DNA of 64,000 bases from Azolla caroliniana (GCA_043228905.1 JBHGNT010000015.1:10850001-10914000), one strand, 5' to 3'; positions 1 to 13,035 are shown, counted from the stretch's first letter. Made by a program: numbers and translations. Notes: generated by a model from the letters alone, not told the origin.

Positions 1-3000
1 CGGCAGCCGAACAATCAGCGAAGACGGAGCCAGTCACGGGATAATCGAATCTGCAACTATTGCAAGAAACCCGGACACATCAAAGCCGACTGCCGCGCAC
101 TCAAGAACAAGAACGACAAGTCTCAGAAATCAGACAAGAAGAGTGGCCGGCATGAGGAGATCAATTACGTCAGCTTCTCAACTGATGTGCTACCAAACGA
201 CCCGAATATACTATCAATCGAAAATCCAGTCGGATCAGAAGTTCTGCTCACGACTGAAGAATCGAGCACATGGCTCTTAGATTCGGGCGCGTCATTTCAC
301 GTGACTCCTCATCGATCCCAATTTCGGCAATATACGATCCGTCACTCCGACTCAGTTCGAGTCGGCAACTCGCAACACTGTGACATCATTGGAATCGGCA
401 CAGTAGAGCTCAACCTTGCAGGTGGCTCTACACTTGTACTTCACAATGTCCGACATGTACCCGAGCTCTCAAGGCCATTGATCTCAGTCGGACAACTAGA
501 TGAAGACGGCATTCGTGCCGGTTTTTCTTCGGGAGGGTGGACACTCCACAGGGGGAACCTCCTGCTTGCTAGAGGACCCAAGATACACTCACTGTATCCG
601 TTACATGTTACGCTCAGAGAGGGTAACCTGTTTTTGGTGGATATTCCTGTGTCATCACTATGGCACAGAAGATTAGGACACCTCAGCAAGGCCGGCATTA
701 CGCACCTATCTAGAGCCGGATACATCCCTAAACTCTCCTTCTCGGACCATCAATTCTGCGAACATTGCCAGTATGGCAAACAAGCAGCCGCATCACACCC
801 GACATCAGCACCAAGAGAAACGAGACCTCTCGATTTAGTCCACTCGGACGTCTGTGGCCCAATGCCGCATCAGTCTCTCGGCGGTGCCTCTTACTTCATC
901 AGTTTTATTGACGATTCGACTCGAAAGGTGTGGGCTTATCCAATTCGCACCAAAGATCGTGTCTTCTCGATCTTCTCTGATTGGCTCGCTATGGTAGAAA
1001 ATCAAACTGACCGAAAACTGAAATGCTTTCGGACCGACAATGGGGGAGAGTTCAAATCAGAAGAATTCGTCAAATTCTGCCGACAACGCGGCATCCGACG
1101 TGAATTTACGGCACCACACAGTCCGGAGCAAAACGGGATTGCAGAACGCATGAATCGGACAATCCAAGAACGGATAGTTTCCATGCTCCAACACTCCGGA
1201 CTGTCGGATGGCTTCTGGGCAGAGGCTCTACTCACGGCAGTACACATAATCAATATGTCGCCAAGCAGACCTCTAGGACTTCAAATTCCTCAGGAACTAT
1301 GGATCGGCAGTAAGCCGAATTACGACAAGCTGAGGATCTTCGGATGCGAGGCGTACGCCCTTATTCCGAAAGATGATCGCCGAAAACTTGCACCTCGGTC
1401 CAGGAAATGCATTTTCCTTGGATATGGATCAGACGGCGAAATGGGATACCGACTCTGGGACCCCGAACGCAGACAAATCGTTCGAAGTTCGGACGTTGTG
1501 TTCAACGAGTCGGCTATGAATCCATCAGTCGAAACACCGATCGAAGTCCGAAGGGTAACATTTTCCGATGTGCCGACCCTTCAAGAAGGCCCCGCTCTTA
1601 ACACACGGTCAGCTTCACGGGTAGCTGAACCTTACACTACCGACTCGGACAACTCTGACTCGGCACAGCAGAATAATTCGCTTTCAGACCATCCGACCTC
1701 GATACCCGATACGACCAGTCCAATCATACCTCGACGATCCGAGAGACTGTCGCAACCTCCGGAGAGGTATTCTCCTGGAATTTTCTTCACCGACGTCTTA
1801 CGAAGAAGCATCGACATCTGTCGATTCAGCCACCTGGCATCTGGCGATGGAGTCGGAAATGCACTCCATTCGGGCAAACAAGACTTGGGATCTGGTCGAA
1901 TTACCTAAGAATCGACGTGCTCTTCCTTGCAAGTGGGTTTATCTACTAAAAGAGACGTCTGATTCGACCACCCCAAAGTACAAGGCCAGATTAGTTGCGA
2001 AGGGCTTCCGACAAGAATATGGCGTCGACTTCGACGAGATTTTTTCACCAGTGGTGAAAATGACAACCCTTCGTTTTCTACTCGGCGTAGTGGCAGCCGA
2101 CAACCTGGAGTTGATTCAGCTAGATGTCAAAACAGCCTTCCTCCATGGTGATCTTGAAGAGGAAATTTATATGGAGCAGCCAAAAGGCTTCGTGGCCACT
2201 GGCCAAGAACATCTAGTCTGCCGACTCAGGAAGAGTCTATACGGCCTCAAACAGGCACCGCGACAATGGTACAAGAAGTTCGATGACTTCATCCAATCGA
2301 TCGGCTTCTCAAAAAGCGATGAGGACCATTGTCTTTTTACCAACACAGCTCAAGATGGATCACCCATCTTCCTCATCATTTACGTGGACGACATGCTAAT
2401 TTCTGGACGCCACGCGGGCGAACTTGCCGATCTCATTCGGCAATTGCGGTTGAAGTTTGCCATGAAGGACCTCGGTCCGGCACGACACATACTTGGCATT
2501 AAGATTAGTCGGCATCGCGATAAACGACATCTTTTTTTGTCTCAGACCGACTATATCGGATGTGTCTTGGAACGCTTCAACATGCAATCAGCCAAATCTG
2601 CTTCAACCCCGCTCCCCATGAATCTTCGGCTCTCTCAGCGAGACTGCCCGACATCCGGTCCGGAGGGGGAAGATATGAAGTCGGTACCGTATGCACCGGC
2701 AGTCGGCTCCCTTATGTACCTGATGGTCGCGACACGGCCTGATATTTCTCATGCTGTAGGAGTCGTTAGCAGATTTATGCACAATCCTGGCCGATCGCAT
2801 TGGAACGCAGTCAAGCATGTGTTCAAATATCTGGCTGGCACAAAAGACCACGGCATTCTTTTCGGTCCGAACTCAACCTCAGGCGTAGTCGGTTACACCG
2901 ACTCGGACTTCGCCGGCTGTATAGACAGTCGGAAATCAACAACTGGATACTGCTTCAAATTCGGCAATGGAGCAATTTCGTGGAAGTCGAAACTTCAGGA

Positions 3001-3364
3001 GTGCACAACGACCTCAACGACCGAAGCAGAATATGTAGCTGCGTCCGACGCTGCAAAAGAAGCTTTGTGGCTCGGCCGGCTGGCGCACACGTTTCAACAA
3101 GTCGACCATGACTCGGCCCCAGTTGTCTATAGCAACAGTCAAGGTGTTGTTGCCTTGTCGAAAAATCCGGTTCACCACAACGCCTCCAAACATATCGACA
3201 TTCGATATCACTTCGTTCGGGACTGCGTCATTTCAGGGAAAATCGGTCTAGAGAAAATATCCACAACCGACAATGTCGTAGATGGAATGACCAAGTGTCT
3301 TTCGGCAGACCGCTTTCGGTCCCTTCGGCATCAGATGGGCGTAACGACAAACCAGTCCGGTTAG
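1..3364 (+). pseudogene. copia gag-pol polyprotein split by one frameshift near 1795
   Basis: ORF 187-1908 (PR-INT) and ORF 1847-3364 (RT-RH). The reading ...FFTD | SYEEASTS...WHLAMESEM switches frame at ~1796, where the usual 'GEP' residues are missing. Confidence 0.9.
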
Positions 3365-3557
3365 AGCCGGACACAGCGCAGGATGGTTTCAGACAACCGA
3401 CATCAGTTCCTTAATGATCGGCTTCAACTCTTCCGACCCGACCAGTCCGGCCTTCTGCCTTCGGACCCTGCCAACTCGAACAAAACTGATATGTCCGAGA
3501 ACCTAGGTTTATACCTGTAATCTTAGATAACCCATGTATACGCCCATTACGGGGGAG

Positions 3558-3742
3558 TGTCGAATACAAGTATATAATGGACGTATTCACACTATCCCTT
3601 TGTATAGCTCAAGTTTGGGCCATTTGTGCAATTAGCATAAATGGTAGTTGCCCTAAGTTTGTCACTATATAAAGTGACCTAGTAACCTTTTTGTAAGGTT
3701 GCTTGTATTATTGTTTTATGAAATAGAAAGAGTCTTGTGTGC

Positions 3743-3783
<41 letters not shown>

Positions 3784-3872
3784 GTGCACGATCTTGGAAA
3801 CTGTCATACGCAGGTACTCAACCCCAATCGAATGCTACTTGATCTTCCGCATTGACGGCCTTGTCTTCAACA
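3558..3872 (+). repeat. 3' LTR of the first copia element
   Basis: Follows the PPT, TG...CA termini with short inverted ends, TATA-like CTATATAAAG, (CT)n tract. Confidence 0.9.
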
Positions 3873-4052
3873 AGGGTGACTATATAAAGCACCCTCCTCC
3901 CACCTTGTAAAATGTTGAGTCTTTCTCCTTTGTTAATATACTTAACCTTGCGTATTCTCTATGTCTCACTCTCACTCTCTCTCTCTCATACACACACACA
4001 CACACAGTTCATATTTGTTCCGCTGCACAAGAATCACACCCAATTCTTTACA
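3873..4052 (+). repeat. 3' half of an LTR of the 23592-23976 copia family, interrupted by the first copia
   Basis: Colinear with ~23794-23976 (AGGGTGACTAT.TAAAGCACCCTCCTCCCACCTTGTA...CAAGAATCA...CAATTCTT..CA). Confidence 0.85.
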
Positions 4053-4912
4053 GTAATTTTGTACATAGAATGTGCTTAGAGAGCACTTTTATACAAGTCC
4101 ATAAAGGACTAACAAGTACTTCGATGCTCACACGAGCGATTGTCATTGACTCCCAAAAATATGCCTACATACTAGGTTGGATTCGTAGGCCTCTAACAGC
4201 CTACCGGTTTCACCGATCCGGCTCCTGGTTCTCCATTCCGGATACCGATCTGGATCCGGTTGAGCTTGCTCGCTCAAGACACCGTGTCGATACAATAGTC
4301 CTCGATCCTTAGTGTCGCTCACGTTGTCGAGGTAGTTGTGGTTCGTGTGGCGAGGTCGCAGGGACCAAAGTTAAAGGGAGTTGGGTAAATTTTAATAAGG
4401 CATGTGCATTGATGTTAGAAAGATTAAGGATAGGAAGAAGAAGAATTAAAAGTAATGTGTGAGAGAGAGACGAGCATAGATAAGATGATAGAGACAATGT
4501 ATGATTTAAGAAGTGAAAATGTATTCTAAGAACAAGCTTATATTAGCAACACAAGGTTTTACCAAAGTTACAATGTCGATCACAAGATTCAACTTTTCTT
4601 TTGCTGAACTCTAGATTTGAACCCTTGACTCCAACTTCGAACACGAGCCTCCTCCCAAATGAGCTAAGTTGTTTGTTTGATTATATTATTTCTCTAACTT
4701 TCACTTGATCATTTTCCCCCACTTGATTCCCCTCTTTTTATAGGTGTCCCCATGCATGTAATGCATGTGAGGGTAAAGACATGCATGCAATGCATGAAAT
4801 GCATGTGATGCATGATCGTCATTGGGCGTTCATGCATTACATGTTATGCATGAGCTTGCATGTAGAAAATAGACATGGGATAACTATAATGATGGAAATA
4901 CTACAATAACTA

Positions 4913-5109
4913 ACCTAGCTAAGTGGTGTAGACCTTGTGTTTGGTATAGAAGGTTGAGGGTTCAAGTCTCTTGATTTTACTCAATACAATATTTAGCTTC
5001 ATTTTTATATCATGAAGCATATTCTTTACAATATTTCTTGAAATAAATAGCCTAGCTTAGTGGCATGTACATTGTACTTCATATATAAGGGTGTGGGATC
5101 AAGTTTCTC
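4913..5109 (+). promoter_or_regulatory. Two tandem tRNA-like Pol III A-box/B-box modules inside the LTR (second copy ~7481-7677)
   Basis: TAGCTAAGTGG...GGTTCAAGTCT followed by TTTT, then TAGCTTAGTGG...GGATCAAGTTT. tRNA-like box spacing, with stem CCTTGTG..TACAAGG in the right LTR copy. Confidence 0.5.
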
Positions 5110-7076
5110 AAATATTACTAAATATAATATTTAAGTTCATTTTTATATTGTGAAGCAAATCCTTCACGACACCCACCCCCTCTGAACTTGCACACTGGTT
5201 GTGCAAAGTTAATCCAAAATCTTGGAAATACTCTTCATTCCGTTTTCGAACTAGATGTTCCCTCAAGCATTCTTTCTTTCTTTCACGGTTAGACCTCACG
5301 GTTAAGAATTGGTCCTTCTTCCTTCCATCCCGACTCTTGATCCTCATGAAAGTCGAACCATCATCAATCACGTTTGTTTGCATCTTTACTACATTGATGT
5401 ATGGTTGACCAAGGACGACAGGGTAGGTTGATCTATCCTGCACAACGAAATTTTGATCCATCATCATAGCTCCCATTGTTACTTTGACACTAGGACATAC
5501 TCTGAATAAATCCTCCATCGTCTCTATCGCAACTATTATCTTCCACCCATGATTCTTATCGATTGGCCACTTTCCTTGAGCATAACATTTCAACGACATC
5601 ATGTTGATTTTCGATCCATGATCTATCAAAGCAATACAAGGAATCTGTTGCTCCCCAATTTTTGTAGGCACCTCCATTGTTACTTGAGCCCAATGGTTCC
5701 TTGTATAATGACTCTTGTCCCCTTCATGAATCCCAACATCATTTATCTTCTTTACACTTGCAACGTTGATGATGCCGTGATCCAAATCTTGGAGTGTTGC
5801 TGCACACCCTCTAGTAACTTCCTCAGTCACATGTTTTATATCCGTTGTGGCTTCTGTGTCCGAAGCAAGCTTAAAAGTTGGGTCTGTCTTCCCTTTGACT
5901 TTATCAGTTTCTTTCGGCTCAGGAGAATATTTTTCCATCTCTCTTCTCTCTTGTTCTTGTTTCTCATTTTTCATTGCCAAATCAGCCTCCTCGACTCTCT
6001 TTCGCTTCTCTTCCACTAGTACCTCTTGTGCATTCACTTGGGCAAATGTTGATAGCGCGTCCACTGGATCAGTCCATCCTGTGAAGTTCTGTATTTCATC
6101 TCCTACTCTTTTTAATTCATCCACTCGAACCTTCCCTTTTCTTGCATACTCCATCACATCTTGCCAAAAGTCAGATCCACCATATGAGTCTTCTACACAC
6201 AACCCTAAGGTTGCCACGGATTGTATTGCTTGAGTCGTTTCTCTCTCAGCATCTTCCATTAGATTTTTCATTCCACCTCGCCCAAAGTTGAATTGAAGTG
6301 GTTGTCGAGTCTCTATCGAGTGAATCTTGCCATCTTGATAGTAGATTTTATTATAATTAAGAGCATCCCTATGTTCTTGACAATCTTTTTTCCGGTGGTC
6401 GACACTGTCGCACCACATACACGTTCGAACAATGCCACCTCCTTGCCTTGAAGAAGTTGAGCTTTGTTCCGATTCCAACTTCGTCACTTTGATCGACAAG
6501 TCTTTCATGTCTTTCACCCATTCGCGCAAGAGTGACTCTTCTACTTTCTTTTCCCCCAACTTGTTCTCTATTTCTTCTTCATTTCTCTCCGGCAACTCCA
6601 TAAACCATAACTTTCTTTTATAGAAATGGACGCAAGCCCTTTTCACCTCCTCTCAGTCATCAGTAAGTCCACTCGGACTATTCTGATCTTCCAGAAGCAT
6701 TCCCAAGTCCTTCCTATCTTTAATATTAGTAGTTTGTAGAAACAATATTACTTTATCTAGCATTATTATATTTCTATCCCTAACATTTAATTCCTCAAAT
6801 CTTTTTGAAAACTCTTTTAACACTTCCAAAACACTTAAATGTTTATTAGACTTTACCCAATCCATGAAAGCTCGCCTCGTCATCCTTGACATATCGTTGA
6901 GGTTGTATTCATTCAATAATGCTCTTTCAAAAGTCACCTATGTTTGATGCTCCCTCTGTAGCTCTTGGATCATTTGTTGTAGCCCAATCGCAACGACTCG
7001 ACTAAAGCTATTAATTTTTGCAGCTTCGTCGACACCACGTTTAAGCATTTCTTCATTATAAATCTTCAGAAATTTT
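5108..7076 (-). pseudogene. gag-protease ORF of the gypsy-type element, N-terminus deleted, internal stops
   Basis: ORFs 6653-6937 and 5108-6646, with a CCHC knuckle and a D-H-G protease-like motif. Confidence 0.75.
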
Positions 7077-7738
7077 GAAAATGTATTATAAGAACAAGCT
7101 TTATATTAGCAACACAAGGTTTTACCAAAGTTACAATGTCGATCACAAGATTCAACTTTTCTTTTGCTGAACTCTAGATTTGAACCCTTGACTCCAACTT
7201 CGAACACGAGCCTCCTCCCAAATGAGCTAAGTTGTTTGTTTGATTATATTATTTCTCTAACTTTCACTTGATCATTTTCCCCCACTTGATTCCCCTCTTT
7301 TTATAGGTGTCCCCATGCATATAATGCATGTGAGGGTAAAGACATGCATGCAATGCATGAAATGCATGTGATGCATGATCGTCATTGGGCGTTCATGCAT
7401 TACATGTGATGCATGAGCTTGCATGTAGAAAATAGACCTGGGATAACTATAATGATGGAAATATGTTCTACAATAACTAACCTAGCTAAGTGGTGAATAC
7501 CTTGTGCTTGGTATACAAGGTTGAGGGTTCAAGTCTCTTGATTTTACTCAATACAATATTTAGCTTCATTCTTATATCATGAAGCACGTTCTTTGTAGTA
7601 TTTTTTGAAATAAATAGCCTAGCTTAGTGGCATGTACATTGTACTTTATATATAAGGGTGTGGGATCAAGTTTCTCAAATATTACTAAATATAATATTTA
7701 AGTTCATTTTTATATCGTGAAGCAAATCCTTCACGACA

Positions 7739-8810
7739 ACGTATCACAATAGACGATGCGCGACTAAAGGTGCTCGACGGTCGGCCTCTGCATGAATTGA
7801 CTTTCACCCGACTGGATAGTAAGATAGATCACGCTTTCGACAATTTGTCAGAACCATTTCTCATTGTAGGCCGGTCCAGAGTCGGGACGTAGCTTTTGAT
7901 TCCAGTCAAGGGGTGTTGAGACCAGTCGGCAATCGGTCATGCCGAACTTGTATAACATATTCAACACATAATGTCACTGAGATACCAATATTGTCGTCGG
8001 GGGTATGGATCACTTCTATCCCGAGGAAGTAGTGAAGGTCCCCCAGGTTCGTCATCTCAAATGCTTTCGACTGTTGGGACTTGACTCGATCGATTTCAGA
8101 GAGGTCGGGTTCCGGTGACGACCAAGTCATCGACATATAGCAAAATGCACACCGAACTTTTCAGACCTTTCTGGATGAACGACGAAGAGTCGGACTTGGA
8201 GGTCGCAAACCTCATCTTACACAACCGGTGCGTGATCTTCGAAATCCAAGCACAGGGGGCTTGCTTCAAGCCATAAAGTGACTTCTTGAGTCAACACACT
8301 GCCCACTTGTTCATCTCTGATTGAAATCCAAGGGTTTGGAACATATATACTTGTTCCTCAAGATCTCCTTGAAGAAACGCATTCTTCACATCCATTTGGG
8401 GGAGATGTCACCCCCTCGCCGCTGCAACTACCAGCACCACACAAACTATCGACATCTTCGCTACCAAAGCGAAGGTCTCGTCGTAGTCAAGTCCGTGGGT
8501 CTGTGCATATCCCTTGGCCACTAACCGGGCCTTGTACCGGTTGACCGAATCGTTGGCATTGTATTTCCCCTTGTATACCCTGATCGGTTTGCAGTGTCGG
8601 GGAGGGTCAACCAGGTTCCATGTGTCGTTGACATCAAGTGCCCGCATTTCTTCCTTCGTAGCGACGCACCAATTTGCATCCTTTGTTGCTTCTGCGTAGC
8701 TCTTCGGCTCACACACTTCTGCCACTTTCGTCACGTACGCATAATGATGTGCCATGTAGTCGTTATATGTGTATCAGCTACAGGGTTCTTCTAGCGGGTT
8801 GATCTGCATT
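7739..8810 (-). mobile_element. Decayed copia RT region, continuing at ~4270-4324 on the other side of the gypsy insertion
   Basis: EPKSYAEA...RYKARLVAKGYAQTHG, FEMTNLGDLHYFLGIEV, with many stops. Removing the insertion restores ...*YVSDTKDRGLLY. Confidence 0.85.
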
Positions 8811-9013
8811 GTTGTTCAGTTGACAGTCGACTACTGAGACCGACAGCACAACAGGGTCGAACATTCTATCAAGAAACTATGGAGTTATGAATGGAACACG
8901 AACTCACTTACTAGGTAGCGTACAATATCATATAGACGTATCATGATCGACTAATTGCCATAATATAGTTGTAAGTAGAATATAACTGAGTCGAATAGAA
9001 TGTAATAGATTAC

Positions 9014-9369
9014 TCAGAAAATATGCACTCTTCTGACACTCTGCCTCGTAGTGGCCGAATTTGCCACAATACCCGCACTCGACGAAATTGTTTTGTTGGT
9101 TGGGTCCGGCATGATTGCTCCCCCTTCTTCCGAATGCTCCGCCTCATGTGTTTGAAACGTCTTGCCAGTAGTAGAAGTTCTGTTTGCGAGGTTGTTCTTG
9201 GTTATTGCGGCCTTGACCGAATTGGCCTCTTCTTCCAGGATTTTGTCCTCTTCCTCCATCCGAGTTTGAATAGAGCATGTGCCCTTCTTGCACATTGCTC
9301 CTCATTCGGGCGTGATTTTCTTCGACCAGTAGCATCAACTGAAGATCGAAGGAGGGAGAGTTCTCCCTC
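9014..9369 (-). mobile_element. copia gag remnant (family of the 18770-23976 element)
   Basis: SPSFDLQLMLLVEENHAR matches SPSFELQSMLLVEENHMR at ~18930. Confidence 0.75.
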
Positions 9370-10160
9370 AGTAGTATCCATCTCGCTCGGAACCCAGTCT
9401 TCCACGCTCGGACAAAGTAGATTGAGGTGCACTACCACTTCATCCGAGAACATGTCTTGGCGGGGGACAGGGGATGTTGACCTGCAACATATCATATCGG
9501 CACAAATCTTCAAACGGCCGACATCTTCATGAAAGCTCTAGGAGCTGACAAGCTTCGGCAATTCACGTCGGACCTTGGTCTTTCGACCTTCGACCTACTG
9601 AGCTTAAGGGGGAGTGAGCTAGAGAAACAGAGCCAGGAAGCCAAAGATGGATGAAAACCGAACACAAAAGAAGAGTGAGTCGGACACATACAAAGGCCAA
9701 AGCCAAAGCCGAACATCATTGAAGTCGGAGCCAAAAACCAGCAAAGACGAAAGTTGATTGTCCAACAACCGAAAGTTGAGCTTGAAGGGGCGTGTTGAGA
9801 ATCGAACTCAACTTAACCTAGTGTGGGAACACACCCTGAGAATATGTGAAGTGTGTGAACACACCACCATTATGTAACATAACTAATGTGTCATAGGACT
9901 TACATCCTATGATACATAGTTATTGAGGTAGTTAAGGTTTCCCCCCTTTTTTGAGAGGTAGCTTTAGTGAGAGAATGTAGAGAGACGGTGACCATATAAG
10001 CACCTTCTCCTCTACTTTGTAAGTTGCTGGTTGTTATACTCTTCTTGTTAATATACGATTTACGTTTTTCTTTCTATCTCCTGTATACTCTCTTCTCTCA
10101 TACACACACATACGTCAAATCTACTTCCGCATCACATAATCACATAGTTGATTATTTACA
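9370..10160 (+). mobile_element. copia RNase H end, PPT and 3' LTR (9793-10160)
   Basis: SSIHLARNPVFHARTK...ADIFMKALGADKLRQF, PPT TTGAAGGGGCG, LTR TGTTGAGAATC...TTTACA similar to 23592-23976. Confidence 0.85.
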
Positions 10161-10839
10161 TGAGTCTTCTCTAGCATTATCTTCAACTTGTGAACCAATG
10201 TGACAATTTCTAGCTCACTTGAAACTTTCATCTCCACCCTAGTACAACATTTCACGTAAAGTTCACAAAATTTTTGTTGTTAGAATCATGTTGTGTGTGT
10301 GCAAAAGCGCAGGAATTTGACACAAGATCAAATGACTCATTGTATATAGTGTATCTCTCCTAGTGGGATCTTAACTATATTCAACATGCTTTCCATAGTT
10401 TCTAAGTATAGAAAACCATGGGCTATTCATGCGTAAAAGATACGCTCTTAACCTATGGGTTTGCGCATATTATTTTCTAAAAGTTTTATACTCTAATATT
10501 ACAATAGTATCTTATTTTACTAATAATTAGAAGTAACTATTTTATTAATCTCAACTAAACTACTTTAACAGTAGCCACATATATTAGAAATGTAGAATAG
10601 TAGATGTTGGAGGTAACCTCGGGGGCTTCACTGTCAAAACTTGTATGATAGCACGTGAGTTCATCAAAAGGGGTTTAAATTAACCATTGAGATACAATAT
10701 ATATATATGTAAGGGTATTAATAAATACATAAAAAATATATTTACATAAGGATGTTATCAATTATGCTATAGAAAAAAATTACATAAGCCCATGAAATAT
10801 TAGATATTTCAATGAGATAGTAAAGAATATATTATGCAA

Positions 10840-11487
10840 ACAATAGTCAATTTTGGAGTAGTATACATACATACATACGTACATGCACATATACCTACAT
10901 TCAAACATTACATCCATGAATATGTAGTCAATTTTGGAGTAGTATACATACATACATACATACATACATGCACATATACCTACATTCAAACATTACATCC
11001 ATGAATATGTATATACATGCATTACACACATTTATACATGCATACTAACTAAACATGAATATATGTACAAATATATATAATTACCATATGTAAATACATA
11101 CACAAATACATATATGTAAATGCATACATGCTACATACATATTTTGTATATTGCATATTACACACATATATTATTATGCACACAATTATATACAAATACA
11201 TATATACATACCAAACACAAAAAATATACATACATAAATAAATTACATATTATATATACACACACATACACATACACATAAATACGTATAGTGACATATT
11301 ATATGTATTACAAATCATACATACAAACAAGTTATATATATATATATATATATATACGTGCGCGCGCACACACACACACACACACACAAACACAAACACA
11401 TAAATAAATTACATACTACATATCATATAATCCATTCATATTACACAATATACAAATTTACATACACATATATACATACATTATTAC

Positions 11488-11525
<38 letters not shown>

Positions 11526-12060
11526 GTATATATATTGCATATGTACATTTATTCCACATATCACCATATATATATATATATATAGGTTATATGGAACCAT
11601 ACAAACTACAATACTTAAATATCTACATACATACACACACATAATATATATGAGTGCATATTACAATTTACGTACATATTACACACATACATACATTATA
11701 TATGTATATTAAATACACATACATACATACATTACATATGTACATACATATCACCACATACACAAACACAAACACACACATTGTCATACACAATATAATA
11801 GTACATATATACATACACATACATACATATTATGCACATATTATAAACATACATCCAAACACATCGAATCATGTACGTGGACATATGCATATATGTATAC
11901 AAATACATACATACATACATATTCCACATATCACCATATATATACATAGGTAATACGGGGTCATACAAATTACAATACTTATAAGTTACATATATACACA
12001 CACACACACATTAGATATATGTATACTTACACATACGTTGGATATATGCATGGATATTAT
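10840..12060. repeat. Degenerate (TACA)n/(TA)n/(CA)n low-complexity tract, including an ~81-bp tandem duplication at 10844-11009
   Basis: Direct reading. TAGTCAATTTTGGAGTAGTATACATAC...CATCCATGAATATG occurs twice. Confidence 0.9.
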
Positions 12061-13005
12061 TAGGGATCGGCAACGGTTCGGTTTAGGCTTAGCCGGTTTG
12101 GCCTGATCCAAGCCAAACCGGCTAAGCCTAAACCGTTTACAAGATCTCAAACCTGAGCCGAGCCGAGCCGGTTCACAAACCGGTTTAGGCTAAACCGGTT
12201 TATGCTAAACCGGTTTGTGAACCGGCTTGGTAAACGACTTGTAAACCGGTTTCCAAACCGGCTTGGAAACCGGTTTAGAAACCTCCGTCTCTCTCTCTCT
12301 CTCTCTCCCTACCTCCCTCTCTCTCTCAGATGATCCCTCCCACTCTCTCTCACGTCTGTGGTCTCGACTCTCTCTCCCTCTCCCTCTCTCTCCCCTCTAT
12401 GTAAATCCTCTCTCTCTCCCCTCTATGTAGTTCCTCTCTCTCTCTCTCTCTCTCTCACGTCTATGGTCTCGACTCTCCCTCCCTCTCTCTCTCTCTCTCT
12501 CCCCTTTATGTAGTTCATCTCTCTCTCTCTCTCCCCTCTATGTAGTTCCTCTCTCTCTCTCTCTCTCTCCCCTCTGTGTAGTCTCTTTGTCTCTCCCCTC
12601 TATGTAGTTCCTCTCTCTCTCTCTCTCTCTCTCCTTATATGTTGTCTCCCTCCCTCTCTCTCTCTCTCCTCGTTTGTGTAGTCTCTCTCTCTCTCTCTCC
12701 TTATATGTTGTCTCCCTCCCTCTGTCTCTCTCTCCTCGTCTATGTAGTTCTCCCTCCCTTACTCTCTCTCTCTCTTTCCCCTTGTCTGTTGTCTCTCTCC
12801 CCCTCTCTAAAGTTTATAAACGGTTTATTCGGCTTAGCCGGCTTGAGCCGGTTTGGCGAGGCTCAAGCCAAGCCGAGCCGAGCTCAAACCGTTAAGGCAA
12901 GTTCAAGCCTAAACCGAGCCGAGCCGAGCCGCTAAGCCGCTAAGCCGTTTTCAAGCCGGCTAAGCCAAACGGTTTAGGCTTGAGCCGAGCCGTTGCCGAT
13001 CCCTA
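12061..13005. mobile_element. hAT-type non-autonomous DNA transposon
   Basis: TIR TAGGGATCGGCAACGG / CCGTTGCCGATCCCTA, perfect 8-bp TSD GATATTAT, subterminal AAACCG/GAGCC repeats, central (CT)n-rich core. Confidence 0.92.
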
Positions 13006-13035
13006 GATATTATGTGCATATTGCAAACATAAATC

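Larger units (their letters stand above)
1..3872 (+). mobile_element. Ty1/copia LTR retrotransposon, young, 5' part outside the window
   Basis: Frame-1 Gag zinc knuckle CNYCKKPGHIKADC (52-93), protease WLLDSGASFH, integrase HHCC/DDE, RT (YVDD), RNase H, PPT GGGGGAG (3551-3557), 3' LTR TGTCGAA...TTCAACA 3558-3872. Confidence 0.95.
4325..7738 (-). mobile_element. Non-autonomous Ty3/gypsy-type LTR element encoding only Gag + aspartic protease
   Basis: Direct repeats 4516-5171 and 7077-7738. Termini TGTCG...CGACA, PPT GAGGGGGTGGG on the minus strand next to 5171, 4-bp TSD ACGT (4321-4324 / 7739-7742). Zinc knuckle CMWCDSVDHRKKDC and protease ALIDHGSKIN. No RT or INT. Confidence 0.85.

Noticed and set aside
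4913-4975. Functional tRNA gene
   Set aside because: No convincing acceptor stem. Kept only as a tRNA-like promoter module
8810-9013. Possible short LTR-like insert
   Set aside because: Termini and TSD could not be established
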